From contig CAVEMS010000005.1 of NCBI GenBank assembly GCA_963616935.1, positions 50,110 through 114,109 of the forward strand: DNA of 64,000 nucleotides. Reading direction: 5' to 3'. How positions within the stretch are numbered: position 1 is the first letter of the stretch; each line of letters starts with the position of its first letter. Source of the stretch: a bacterium (GTDB lineage: Bacteria; Bacillota_I; Bacilli_A; RFN20; CAG-826). The position numbers and the translations under genes are program-made. Of this stretch, positions 31,082 through 39,165 are shown piece by piece. The notes beneath the pieces are model-generated. The model was not told the origin of the DNA and ran no database searches. It was given only the letters and a program-made list of their open reading frames with translations.

Positions 31082-32250
31082 AAGGAATCAGCGATTCTAA
31101 GCGCGTTAAGCAAATCGAATAAGAGATTATATCCACCGCATTCGCCATCAATATTGAGAATTTCGCCGGCGAAATACACGGATTTTTCGATTTTCGATTC
31201 GAATGTCGATTCAATCTGATCGAGTTTTAAACCGCCAACGCTGACTTGGGAGAAAAGAAATGGGTAGTTCTCCTTGTAGCAATAATCTAACCCCTTCATG
31301 GTCCTCGCTAGTAACGGAATCCATTCGACGTCATGCGTGCGTTTGGCCCTATCCAAAACATGGTTGGCCAAAGGATGAGGCAAAAGGGAGTCCAAAAAGA
31401 AATGGGGCGAAACCTTTTGCATTTTCGTGATTTCATCGCACATTTCTTCATGAGTTTTGTTGGGGAATAAGTCAATGTATATCGTCACATCCTTTAATTT
31501 CCTTCTCGCGATCTCGCTTGAAGCGTTCATGATGACGATGCCAGAAAGACCATCATCCTTATAAAGGACTTCGCCTCTTTGCGAGAAGAATGATTTGCCT
31601 TCCGAAGATAGCGACACATTCGCCGCATGCCTAATGCCGGATAGTTCCTTCATCTTTCGATCGGTAACCCTAATCGGGCATAGACCAGGCCTAAAGGAAT
31701 CGAAACGATAATGATGCTTTTCAAGCACCGAGACGAAATTTCCATCGCTTCCGAGGTTATTCCCGCTTCGAGCGCCGGGAGCGATGATCAAGGTATCGTA
31801 TGGACCATATTCAACATTAGATGTTAAGAAGTAATATCCAAATTCCTTCTTTTCGTAATCTTTTATCGTCACCGCCCTATGAAGGACGATTCCGAAAGAA
31901 GACGCCACGTCGAGCAAATAAGAGGCGAACTGATTGGCGTTATCCGAAGTCGGATAGTACCCTTGCCCCTCTTTCTTGTTCACCGAAACGCCCATTTCAT
32001 GAAAGGCTTCGATCCTTTTCGATAAAGGATATGAAGAGAGAAGGCTTTCCATGAATTTCGGATCGTTATAAGCAAATGGGTTTTCTTCATCCGGCATTAT
32101 GTTAGCGTGTCCATTCCCCGTCGCCCTAAGCTTCTTCGCTAATTTTTCTTCTTTGTCGAAAATATCGATCATATAAGAAGGATGGCGTTTCTTTAGCAAT
32201 ATGGCGGCATATAAGGCCGAAGGGCCGCTGCCTAGGATTCCTATTTTCAT
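31078..32250 (-). CDS. HI0933/BaiN-like flavoprotein (aminoacetone-oxidase family)
   Basis: N-terminal Rossmann motif MKIGILGSGPSALYAA and the C-terminal FAGEILNIDGECGGYNL motif typical of the HI0933 family. Start placed at the ATG at 32250; the track start is a GTG at 32292. Confidence 0.65.
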   Translation of the reverse strand: MKIGILGSGPSALYAAILLKKRHPSYMIDIFDKEEKLAKKLRATGNGHANIMPDEENPFAYNDPKFMESLLSSYPLSKRIEAFHEMGVSVNKKEGQGYYPTSDNANQFASYLLDVASSFGIVLHRAVTIKDYEKKEFGYYFLTSNVEYGPYDTLIIAPGARSGNNLGSDGNFVSVLEKHHYRFDSFRPGLCPIRVTDRKMKELSGIRHAANVSLSSEGKSFFSQRGEVLYKDDGLSGIVIMNASSEIARRKLKDVTIYIDLFPNKTHEEMCDEITKMQKVSPHFFLDSLLPHPLANHVLDRAKRTHDVEWIPLLARTMKGLDYCYKENYPFLFSQVSVGGLKLDQIESTFESKIEKSVYFAGEILNIDGECGGYNLLFDLLNALRIADSL

Positions 32251-32371
32251 AGGAACTATTGTAATTTGTTTCCTTCCCCCAAGAAAGCCCACACTTCGAT
32301 TGCTCGTCTCTTTCTTTTAGGCAAAGAAAAACGCGGATCATCTCCGCGTTCATCATGGGACATGTTAGAGA

Positions 32372-33256
32372 TTATTTCTTGGTGGGATGCTCTCTTTCGT
32401 AAGCTTCGAGTTCTTCCCTGATCATGCGCTTGGCATCTTCAGCATGCGTCCTCTTATAAGGTTTTCCCATCAAGGATTCCATCTCCTCATGGAGGATTTT
32501 CATGAAGGATTCTCTGGTCGTGTAATGCGGTCCTTCCACTTTGACGGGCTTTTCCTCGTCCGAAGCGGTGATAACCAATGGCTCTTCAGGAGCGGGTTCT
32601 AAGGCATAAGCGGCCTTTTCTTCCTTCTTCGGCTCTTTGAAGATGATGAGCTTTCTCGTTAAGTAGTTATAGATCATCGTAACGATGGTCTTGATGGCGA
32701 AGATGATACAGAAGATCCAGAAGGCTTTGCCTCCTTCTTCGAAAAGCGTCGCAAGGCTCACTTTCGTGAAGTCATAGGTGAATTGGATATCGGTGAAGGT
32801 GAGATTGCAAACAAAGACGCCAAGCTCCTGAAGGCCAAGCCCGATAAGCCAGCCCCCTGCCCCTAAGCCTATATAAGCAAAGAAGGCTTTGGCTGATTTG
32901 GTGTTGATCTTCTTGTCGACGTTTTGATAAACCCAAAGACGGGAGAAGAAGAAATTGACGACGCTTGAGACGATGAAAGCGATCGTAACGCTTAAACCCC
33001 AGGAGAGATATTCGCCCCAGGTGCCTTGCTCGATAAGCGAAGTAAACGCCCACTTCATCAAGACGAACTGGATGACAAAGTCTATGAGCGTGCATAAGAT
33101 TCCGATGACTACGAAACGAAGGATCTCAAGCCCTCTGCTCTTTTTTCTCTTTTCCTTTTTGGCGATTTCCTCTTGTTCGATTGATTTCGCCGCTTCGGCC
33201 AAGGATGCCGGAGATGTGTACATCTCTTCTTTTTCTTTGTTGTTTTTCATACGCAA
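32372..33256 (-). CDS. GtrA-family membrane protein with extended termini
   Basis: The central 4-TM core begins RFVVIGILCTLIDFVIQFVL, which is GtrA-like. Charged N- and C-terminal extensions flank it. Confidence 0.6.
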   Translation of the reverse strand: MRMKNNKEKEEMYTSPASLAEAAKSIEQEEIAKKEKRKKSRGLEILRFVVIGILCTLIDFVIQFVLMKWAFTSLIEQGTWGEYLSWGLSVTIAFIVSSVVNFFFSRLWVYQNVDKKINTKSAKAFFAYIGLGAGGWLIGLGLQELGVFVCNLTFTDIQFTYDFTKVSLATLFEEGGKAFWIFCIIFAIKTIVTMIYNYLTRKLIIFKEPKKEEKAAYALEPAPEEPLVITASDEEKPVKVEGPHYTTRESFMKILHEEMESLMGKPYKRTHAEDAKRMIREELEAYEREHPTKK

Positions 33257-33312
33257 ATTGTAATCTTCCTTTCTATATCTTCATATAAAAATTTTGTTTT
33301 TGCAAAAAGCCG

Positions 33313-35460
33313 TCAAATGTCGTCTATTTCCTTCAAATAGTCATCAACAGACGCATCGCTTGGCATCCGCCAATCACCACGGGGGGAGATAGCGACCGTT
33401 CCAACTTTCGGCCCATCAGGCAAACAGGAGCGTTTGAACTGATTCCTCCAAAAACGGCGATAGAAGGAGGAAAGCCATCCTTTTAACTGCTCTTTGCTAT
33501 ATTTTTCCCCATAAGCCATGGTCAATAACAAGAACATCTTCTTCGGACGGAATTCGTAGCGTAAGAAATAATAGATTATGAAGTCAACAACTTCATATGG
33601 TCCGACGATATCTTCAGTTTGCTGTTTTATCTCGCCACTCGAATCAGGAGGCAATAGCTCAGGACTAATCGGGGTGTTTATGATGTCTAATAGCGATGGT
33701 GAAGCCTCTGGATGGATCCTCGCATATCCTTCGCAAAGATAACGGACCAAGGTCTTTGGAATCGAGGCATTGACCCCATACATCGACATATGGTCGCCGG
33801 AATACGTCGTCCAGCCCAAACATAGTTCGCTTAAATCGCCAGTCCCTATCATCAACGATCCTTCGTCGTTGGCGATATCCATAAGAACCTGCGTTCTTTC
33901 CCTCGCTTGCGCATTTTCATAAGTGACATTTCTGTTATTTGGATCGTGCCCTATGTCTTCGAAATGCCTTAAAAGCGATTCTTTGAGGTTGATTTCCTGA
34001 AAGGAGACGCCAAGCTCATTAGAAAGGAGCAATGCGTTATCATGGGTCCTTGTCGAGGTTCCAAAAGCGGGTAGAGTGACGGCCTTTATGCCTTTGCGGT
34101 CATAGCCTAGGAAATCGAATGCCTCCACAGCGACAAGTAACGCTAAGGTGGAATCGAGCCCTCCCGATAAGCCGACCAACACCTTCTTTTGACCGACCGT
34201 TTCGAGTCTCTTGATGAGGCCCATAGCCTGGATCTTGAGTATCGTTTCGACCCTTTCTTCGTCGAATACTCCGCCATGCGGCACGAAAGGCAATGGATTA
34301 TACCTTCTAAGCACTTTCTCAGGTTTCGTAAGAGGCAAAGAGAACCCTATAGTTTGATACGAATCGTCTTGGATATTTGGGTATGTCGTCATCCTGATTC
34401 TTTCGGCCAAAATCTTTTCGACATCGATATCGCATGTTGCGCTTTCCATGGCGAAAAGTTTGGATTCTGCAAGTATTTTTCCATTTTCAGCGATGATATT
34501 GTGGCTCGAATAGACCAAATCCGTGGTGCTTTCGCTGATAGCAGCATCGCTATAGGCGTAGGCGACAAATAGCCTGCCACTTGTCATCGAGACCAAATCG
34601 CGACGGTATTTCGCTTTGCCCACCACTTCATTCGAACCGCTTAGATTGAGAATAAGGGTGGCGCCTCTAGACGCTAAAGCGGTCGACGGAGTGTCTGGCA
34701 CCCATAGATCCTCGCAAATCTCGATCCCGATGCTAAGAGACGCGTAATCCTCGTCCTGAAATAGGATCTTATTGCCGAACGGCACTTCTTCGCCCATCAA
34801 GGAGATTGTGGTGTTTTCATCATTCCATGGAGCAAAATGCCTTGCTTCATAGAATTCCGAGTAATTGGGGATATTCTTTTTGGCGATGACGCCTAAGACT
34901 TTGCCCCTATGGCATGTAATCGCGGCATTATAGATCTTATTGCCCTTCCTTATTGGTGCGCCATAGGCGAATAAGACGTCACAATCGGACGTTTCTTTGG
35001 CTATGGTTTCAATCGCCGAAAGAGTATTCTTGAGCAATGCGTCATTCCTAAATAAATCCGAACAGGTATAACCCGTTAGGCAAAGTTCAGGAAGAACCAA
35101 AATATGGACTTTGTCGTTTGCCGCTTTCTTGACGATGTCGATTATGCTTTCGGCATTCTTACTGACATTAGAGATCGAGATAGGCACGCTTTGAGAACGG
35201 ACGCGCACATAGCCATAGGGGTCAGATTGTTCTTTGTTTGGAACAAAATAATTGGGTTTTGACGGTGATATTTCGTTATTTGTCCTTAATTTAATAGTGT
35301 TCAATCCGCTTTTAACCAGATCCTCATACACTTCCGGCGAAAGGATGACGAGATCGCTATATCCGTTTTTCGTGATATGAAGCACGCCGTCGTTTTCTTT
35401 TAGGTCCTTCTCGAGTTTCGCCGTGTCTCGGAGGGATGTTATTGGTTGAATTTTTGACAT
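33313..35460 (-). CDS. nadE: Glutamine-dependent NAD+ synthase with extra N-terminal domain
   Basis: The CN-hydrolase domain (VLPELCLTGY, EICEDLW) and the synthetase domain (GLSGGLDSTL) are both present. At 715 aa, the first roughly 80 aa precede the usual start of the family. Confidence 0.88.
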   Translation of the reverse strand: MSKIQPITSLRDTAKLEKDLKENDGVLHITKNGYSDLVILSPEVYEDLVKSGLNTIKLRTNNEISPSKPNYFVPNKEQSDPYGYVRVRSQSVPISISNVSKNAESIIDIVKKAANDKVHILVLPELCLTGYTCSDLFRNDALLKNTLSAIETIAKETSDCDVLFAYGAPIRKGNKIYNAAITCHRGKVLGVIAKKNIPNYSEFYEARHFAPWNDENTTISLMGEEVPFGNKILFQDEDYASLSIGIEICEDLWVPDTPSTALASRGATLILNLSGSNEVVGKAKYRRDLVSMTSGRLFVAYAYSDAAISESTTDLVYSSHNIIAENGKILAESKLFAMESATCDIDVEKILAERIRMTTYPNIQDDSYQTIGFSLPLTKPEKVLRRYNPLPFVPHGGVFDEERVETILKIQAMGLIKRLETVGQKKVLVGLSGGLDSTLALLVAVEAFDFLGYDRKGIKAVTLPAFGTSTRTHDNALLLSNELGVSFQEINLKESLLRHFEDIGHDPNNRNVTYENAQARERTQVLMDIANDEGSLMIGTGDLSELCLGWTTYSGDHMSMYGVNASIPKTLVRYLCEGYARIHPEASPSLLDIINTPISPELLPPDSSGEIKQQTEDIVGPYEVVDFIIYYFLRYEFRPKKMFLLLTMAYGEKYSKEQLKGWLSSFYRRFWRNQFKRSCLPDGPKVGTVAISPRGDWRMPSDASVDDYLKEIDDI

Positions 35461-35466
35461 GTCGAA

Positions 35467-35475
35467 ATTCTACCA
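35467..35475 (-). promoter_or_regulatory. Extended -10 element (TGgTAGAAT) 6 nt upstream of the nadE ATG
   Basis: The reverse strand reads TG-G-TAGAAT-TTCGAC-ATG, with no SD between the -10 element and the start codon. This suggests a leaderless transcript. Confidence 0.45.
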
Positions 35476-35506
35476 TAATTATGTCGTAAATTAAATCTTC
35501 CTTGGA

Positions 35507-35515
35507 TGCTATAAT
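35507..35515 (+). promoter_or_regulatory. Extended -10 element (TGcTATAAT) 7 nt upstream of the rimK-like ATG
   Basis: The plus strand reads TG-C-TATAAT-CATCCGC-ATG, with no SD. This suggests a leaderless transcript. Confidence 0.45.
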
Positions 35516-35522
35516 CATCCGC

Positions 35523-36398
35523 ATGAAAAAAGGGCTTTGCTTGTTGAACGCATTCATTCAGACCGAGGGACCTACCCACTTTTACGAAAGAATGAAAGAA
35601 GAGCTGTCCAAATTCGACGTTTCGCTGGTTTTAAAGACCAACGCTGAAATACTTTCTTATATAGATAGCAACGGTTCCATCGTCTCCAATGAAAAACCGT
35701 ATGATTTCGTGCTTTATCTCGATAAGGATCTATATGTTTCCTTCTTGCTAGAAAAACTCGGATATAGACTCTTCAATTCGGCCAACGCGATCCGTTTATG
35801 CGATGACAAGATGTTAACGCATATGGCGCTTGCGAACCATGGCATAAAGATGCCAAAGACCATAAGCGCCCCGCTCAATTACAGCAAATCGATATCGTTG
35901 GATTTCATAAATAACGTCGAAAATGAATTGAATTATCCGTTAGTCGCTAAAGACAACTTCGGAAGCTTAGGGAAGAATGTTTTCTTAATCAGAAACCACG
36001 ACGAATTGCTCGATTTCGAAAAAGAGCATTACCAAAACCCCCGCCTCTATCAAGAGTTCATATCCTCAAGTTATGGATTTGATTACCGAGTGATAGTCGT
36101 CGGAGGAAAAACGGTCGCCGCCATGAAACGAGTCAACAAAGAAGATTGGCGAAGCAACATAGCGCAACATGGCATAGGTGAAAGAGTCATCCTTGAAAAA
36201 AGATATCAAGATGTAGCCGAAAAAGCGGCCGACATCCTAGGACTAGATTATTGTGGGATCGATTTGCTTTCTGGGAAAGAAGGCGAGCCGATTCTTTGTG
36301 AAGTGAATAGCAACGCTTTTTTGGGCGGCATCGAACAAGTAAGCGGAGTCAATGTTGCTAAAGAATACGCGAAAGAGATTGTAGAAAAGTTGGTGTAA
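35523..36398 (+). CDS. RimK-family ATP-grasp ligase
   Basis: ATP-grasp layout (..PLVAKDNFGSLGKNVFLI.., DYRVIVVGGK, C-terminal EVNSNA). Start placed at the ATG at 35523; the track start is a TTG at 35502 lying within the promoter. Confidence 0.7.
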   Translation: MKKGLCLLNAFIQTEGPTHFYERMKEELSKFDVSLVLKTNAEILSYIDSNGSIVSNEKPYDFVLYLDKDLYVSFLLEKLGYRLFNSANAIRLCDDKMLTHMALANHGIKMPKTISAPLNYSKSISLDFINNVENELNYPLVAKDNFGSLGKNVFLIRNHDELLDFEKEHYQNPRLYQEFISSSYGFDYRVIVVGGKTVAAMKRVNKEDWRSNIAQHGIGERVILEKRYQDVAEKAADILGLDYCGIDLLSGKEGEPILCEVNSNAFLGGIEQVSGVNVAKEYAKEIVEKLV

Positions 36399-36519
36399 AT
36401 TCATATCGGTTTGGTTAGTTATTTGGCATGCGCTTGCAATAGTATCTATCGAATCTTTTTAAGAAATGTACAAAACTTGCATCAGCATCTATCACTTATC
36501 GCATCGTCGCCTAAACTCA

Positions 36520-36849
36520 TCAATCTAGCCAAACCAATTCTTTTTCTACCTCCCAAAAACTCTTTCCTTCGAAAATCCTCTCTCTAAAAACCTTTTCTCT
36601 AAGTTCTTCCTCGGTCTTCCCTTGCATTTCAATGCAATTGTAATCGACAAGATCGCCGTCCGAACCATATACGTTTTCATACGTCTTATTGTCAATGTTG
36701 TTCGCTTTCCATTTCGTGATTTGAACGTGCATATGATTGTCTTCGTCGAAATACCCCTCGAAAAAATATATATGGCCCGCATAAAAAAGCGTTGCGTCAG
36801 CATTCCACCAACCAGTGTCAAGAAAATGATTTAAATTACCATTTATCAT
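36520..36849 (-). CDS. Orphan 109-aa protein (last gene of the XRE/ImmA cassette)
   Basis: GGAGGA RBS 8 nt upstream. The start overlaps the upstream gene by 14 nt. Acidic, Trp/Phe-rich, with no TM helix and no motif I recognise. Confidence 0.55.
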   Translation of the reverse strand: MINGNLNHFLDTGWWNADATLFYAGHIYFFEGYFDEDNHMHVQITKWKANNIDNKTYENVYGSDGDLVDYNCIEMQGKTEEELREKVFRERIFEGKSFWEVEKELVWLD

Positions 36850-37228
36850 AACCTATATCCTCCAATAAATTTGCATATTTTTCTTTTATTTCTTCACTTA
36901 ACGGCTCAGCTGGCTGCCTATCAAGATTAGGCTTGTATATATGCATATGCCAAACATCATCCTTCTTGTTTCCGCCATTCAGCTTTGCTTCCGGATGAAG
37001 GGCTATTTCTACAATAGGTTCATGATTTTTACCATATATTCTCATCGCACGAAACTTTCCTTTTTTCTTTATTACATAAATAGAATTTGCCGAAAAAGAA
37101 TAATCGGGCATTGAATGATTCGAATCACGGCCTTCCAATATCTCTTCTCCATTTCTCAAAACCTCAACTGTCCTATACTCAACATCCATATACCGATGGT
37201 TTTGAGCGACAGATCCTCTAGATGCCAT
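36836..37228 (-). CDS. Orphan 130-aa protein (fourth gene of the XRE/ImmA cassette)
   Basis: GGAGGAA RBS. The start lies 4 nt after the stop of the DUF4417-like gene. Basic, His-rich core (KFRAMRIYGKNHEPIVEIALHPE..WHMHIY). No family recognised. Confidence 0.55.
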   Translation of the reverse strand: MASRGSVAQNHRYMDVEYRTVEVLRNGEEILEGRDSNHSMPDYSFSANSIYVIKKKGKFRAMRIYGKNHEPIVEIALHPEAKLNGGNKKDDVWHMHIYKPNLDRQPAEPLSEEIKEKYANLLEDIGYDKW

Positions 37229-37231
37229 TTT

Positions 37232-37942
37232 TCATTCCTCCATATTGCCATTAGTTGCGTCCCAAGTGAACAAACGCATTTGGTCACGCTTTTTCAATTG
37301 CTTCTTACCGCCAAAAGTATCTTCATATGGAACGATGCAAACGTCATCAGGAATACCTTTGATCCTTTGGCCGACGCATATTTGCCTTGACCGAGGAAAT
37401 CTCTTTCTCAATTCCATTAAACCATCGAGAAAAGCCGAACGACTTAGATCGTTATTGACCCCTAACGTGGAAATGAAAAAAACCGATCCATCACGCAATC
37501 CCGAAAAACAAATATCGTACGTTTTTTCATCAACCCATCCGACAACCGGATAGACCCTAATTCCATAGCTTTGCAAAAATCTTCCAAACCATCTGGATTT
37601 TCCGACGGCTTGTATTACCGACCATTCGCTCATTCCTGGATGCATGCTGAAATCCAATGATGTCGCTCCATAATAACCAGAAATTTTCTCTATGAATTTC
37701 AGGGGATTGTTATACTCTCTTTCCAGGACCTCATCATATAAAAACGAATGAACGATTTTTCTTTCTTTGTCTACGTCTTGGGCGGACAAATTATTAGGGT
37801 TTATTAAAAACAAATCGCTTCCAACCAACGATATAGGCATTTTCTCTTTCTCTATGAAGGGTATATCAAATTTATCTTTCTCCCAATTCTTAGCTTCCGG
37901 CCTCGTGACCTTAATATACGTTTGATTGCTATAGATTGGCAT
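37232..37942 (-). CDS. DUF4417-like protein
   Basis: The segment KSRWFGRFLQSYGIRVYPVVGWVDEKTYDICFSGLRDGSVFFISTLG resembles the DUF4417 core as I remember it. The ATG at 37942 follows a GGAGGGGG RBS and lies 1 nt after the ImmA stop. The track start at 37987 is inside the ImmA gene. Confidence 0.5.
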   Translation of the reverse strand: MPIYSNQTYIKVTRPEAKNWEKDKFDIPFIEKEKMPISLVGSDLFLINPNNLSAQDVDKERKIVHSFLYDEVLEREYNNPLKFIEKISGYYGATSLDFSMHPGMSEWSVIQAVGKSRWFGRFLQSYGIRVYPVVGWVDEKTYDICFSGLRDGSVFFISTLGVNNDLSRSAFLDGLMELRKRFPRSRQICVGQRIKGIPDDVCIVPYEDTFGGKKQLKKRDQMRLFTWDATNGNMEE

Positions 37943-37943
37943 A

Positions 37944-38594
37944 TCACAAGCCCCCTCCACCAGATGACCCGAATCTGTTCTTAACACAAATTAAGGATTT
38001 TTGCTTTGTCGCCTTCACTGGCATATCTTCAGAAGCTTTCACATTAAATTCCCGCCAAACTTTGACGTATCTAGTGTTAGCGGCCGAAAGCGTAACATGA
38101 TATTTCTTTTTTATATTTTTTACTGAAAGTTTCAAACACTGTTGATAAGGCATCAGAAATTCAGAAGCAAACGTATTGGCTTGCCATTCCGGATTTTCGT
38201 AAATTTTATGGCTGCACGAAATGGCACCAGTCCTTGCCAAAACCATTGTGTTTAAGATTCTGTGCAAAACAAAATGGCCAATTTCATGGGCTATCGTAAA
38301 ATGTGCCCTGCAATATTTCTTACGGGCCGCTTCTTTATACACAGTTTCCTTAATATATATGGTCCCTTGGGTTATATCCGTTTTGGCTTCCTCACCTAAT
38401 TCGAAGATGAGATCATCGTCCGGAAGAACAAAGAAATTGAAATCGTATTTGGCGAATTTGAAAGTTAAGATTTCTAGCGCTTTTAAAACGTCCACATAAG
38501 CATCATCTGATGGTGTTATCATTCTTCTCGTGAATTGAGCAATGTTTCTTATAGAAACGGTTTTCAATGGTTTTGCTATCTCATTTTCCATCAT
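37944..38594 (-). CDS. ImmA/IrrE-family zinc metallopeptidase (COG2856)
   Basis: HEIGH zinc motif (FTIAHEIGHFVLH) followed by EWQANTFASEFLMP, the signature pair of the family. Overlaps the XRE gene by 14 nt. Confidence 0.85.
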   Translation of the reverse strand: MMENEIAKPLKTVSIRNIAQFTRRMITPSDDAYVDVLKALEILTFKFAKYDFNFFVLPDDDLIFELGEEAKTDITQGTIYIKETVYKEAARKKYCRAHFTIAHEIGHFVLHRILNTMVLARTGAISCSHKIYENPEWQANTFASEFLMPYQQCLKLSVKNIKKKYHVTLSAANTRYVKVWREFNVKASEDMPVKATKQKSLICVKNRFGSSGGGGL

Positions 38595-38946
38595 TATCGT
38601 CTCCTAAAAGCCGCATAATCGCTTTGCACTCTTCCAAAGAAAGGTCATTGAGTTTCCTGGAAAGCATGAACGCCAATTGTCTTTGCTCGCTCAGCGTCGA
38701 ATTCAAAGGTATCGACACCTTGCTTGCAGCTTCCGCTTCCGCCGCGAAAAGGATTTCGATTCTCTCACGAGACAAACGATAATTTGCAATTATTTTTTGG
38801 ATAAAATCTTGGGGAATCTCTCTAACTCCATTTTCTATTGCTGATAAATACGAAATAGAAACACCAAGTTTTTTCGACATCATCGACAAATTCTCTTCAT
38901 TATCTATCCTTATTTTTCTTAATTCTTTTCCAAATTTCGTAATCAT
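38581..38946 (-). CDS. XRE-family helix-turn-helix transcriptional regulator
   Basis: HTH_3-type segment LRKIRIDNEENLSMMSKKLGVSISYLSAIENG. Start set at MITKFGK (ATG at 38946), behind a GAGGAGG RBS. Confidence 0.85.
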   Translation of the reverse strand: MITKFGKELRKIRIDNEENLSMMSKKLGVSISYLSAIENGVREIPQDFIQKIIANYRLSRERIEILFAAEAEAASKVSIPLNSTLSEQRQLAFMLSRKLNDLSLEECKAIMRLLGDDNDGK

Positions 38947-38967
38947 TTTTCTATCCTCCTCAATCAT

Positions 38968-38997
38968 ATTATACTTTTAAGAGATATTTTTCTACAA
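38968..38997 (-). promoter_or_regulatory. Promoter of the XRE/ImmA cassette (TTGTAG-18-TATAAT)
   Basis: The reverse strand reads TTGTAG (38997-38992), an 18-nt spacer, then TATAAT (38973-38968). The RBS and ATG follow within 25 nt. Confidence 0.6.
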
Positions 38998-39111
38998 TTT
39001 TGTGTAATTTCATTTTTTTAATATCACTCAAGATAAAATGCGCCAAATTTTCACCGATTTGCGCCGACGGTTTTTGACGTTCCTATCATCGCAAATGATC
39101 GTAAGTCACAT

Positions 39112-39143
39112 CAAAAAAAGGACCGCGATTCTCATCACGATCC
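39112..39143 (-). terminator. Rho-independent terminator after mscL
   Basis: The minus-strand RNA is GGAUCGUGA-UGAGAA-UCGCGGUCC (9 bp, two of them G-U) followed by UUUUUUU, 23 nt after the mscL stop. It insulates the cassette from mscL read-through. Confidence 0.7.
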
Positions 39144-39165
39144 TAATTTCTAATGTTTGGAAGAT

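Noticed and set aside
37232-37946. Possible Mollicutes-type genetic code (TGA read as Trp), given the lipoprotein-rich, tail-bearing ribosomal protein profile.
   Set aside because: TGA serves as the stop of the ImmA gene (37946-37944) and of the DUF4417-like gene (37234-37232), each followed immediately by the next RBS and start. All conserved genes are full length under the standard code.
36399-39165. Direct repeats flanking the AT-rich cassette as possible att sites. Candidates are CTATCACTTATCGCA near 36490 and CTATCATCGCA near 39085.
   Set aside because: The match is short and gapped, no integrase is present, and similarity at this level is expected by chance in AT-rich DNA.
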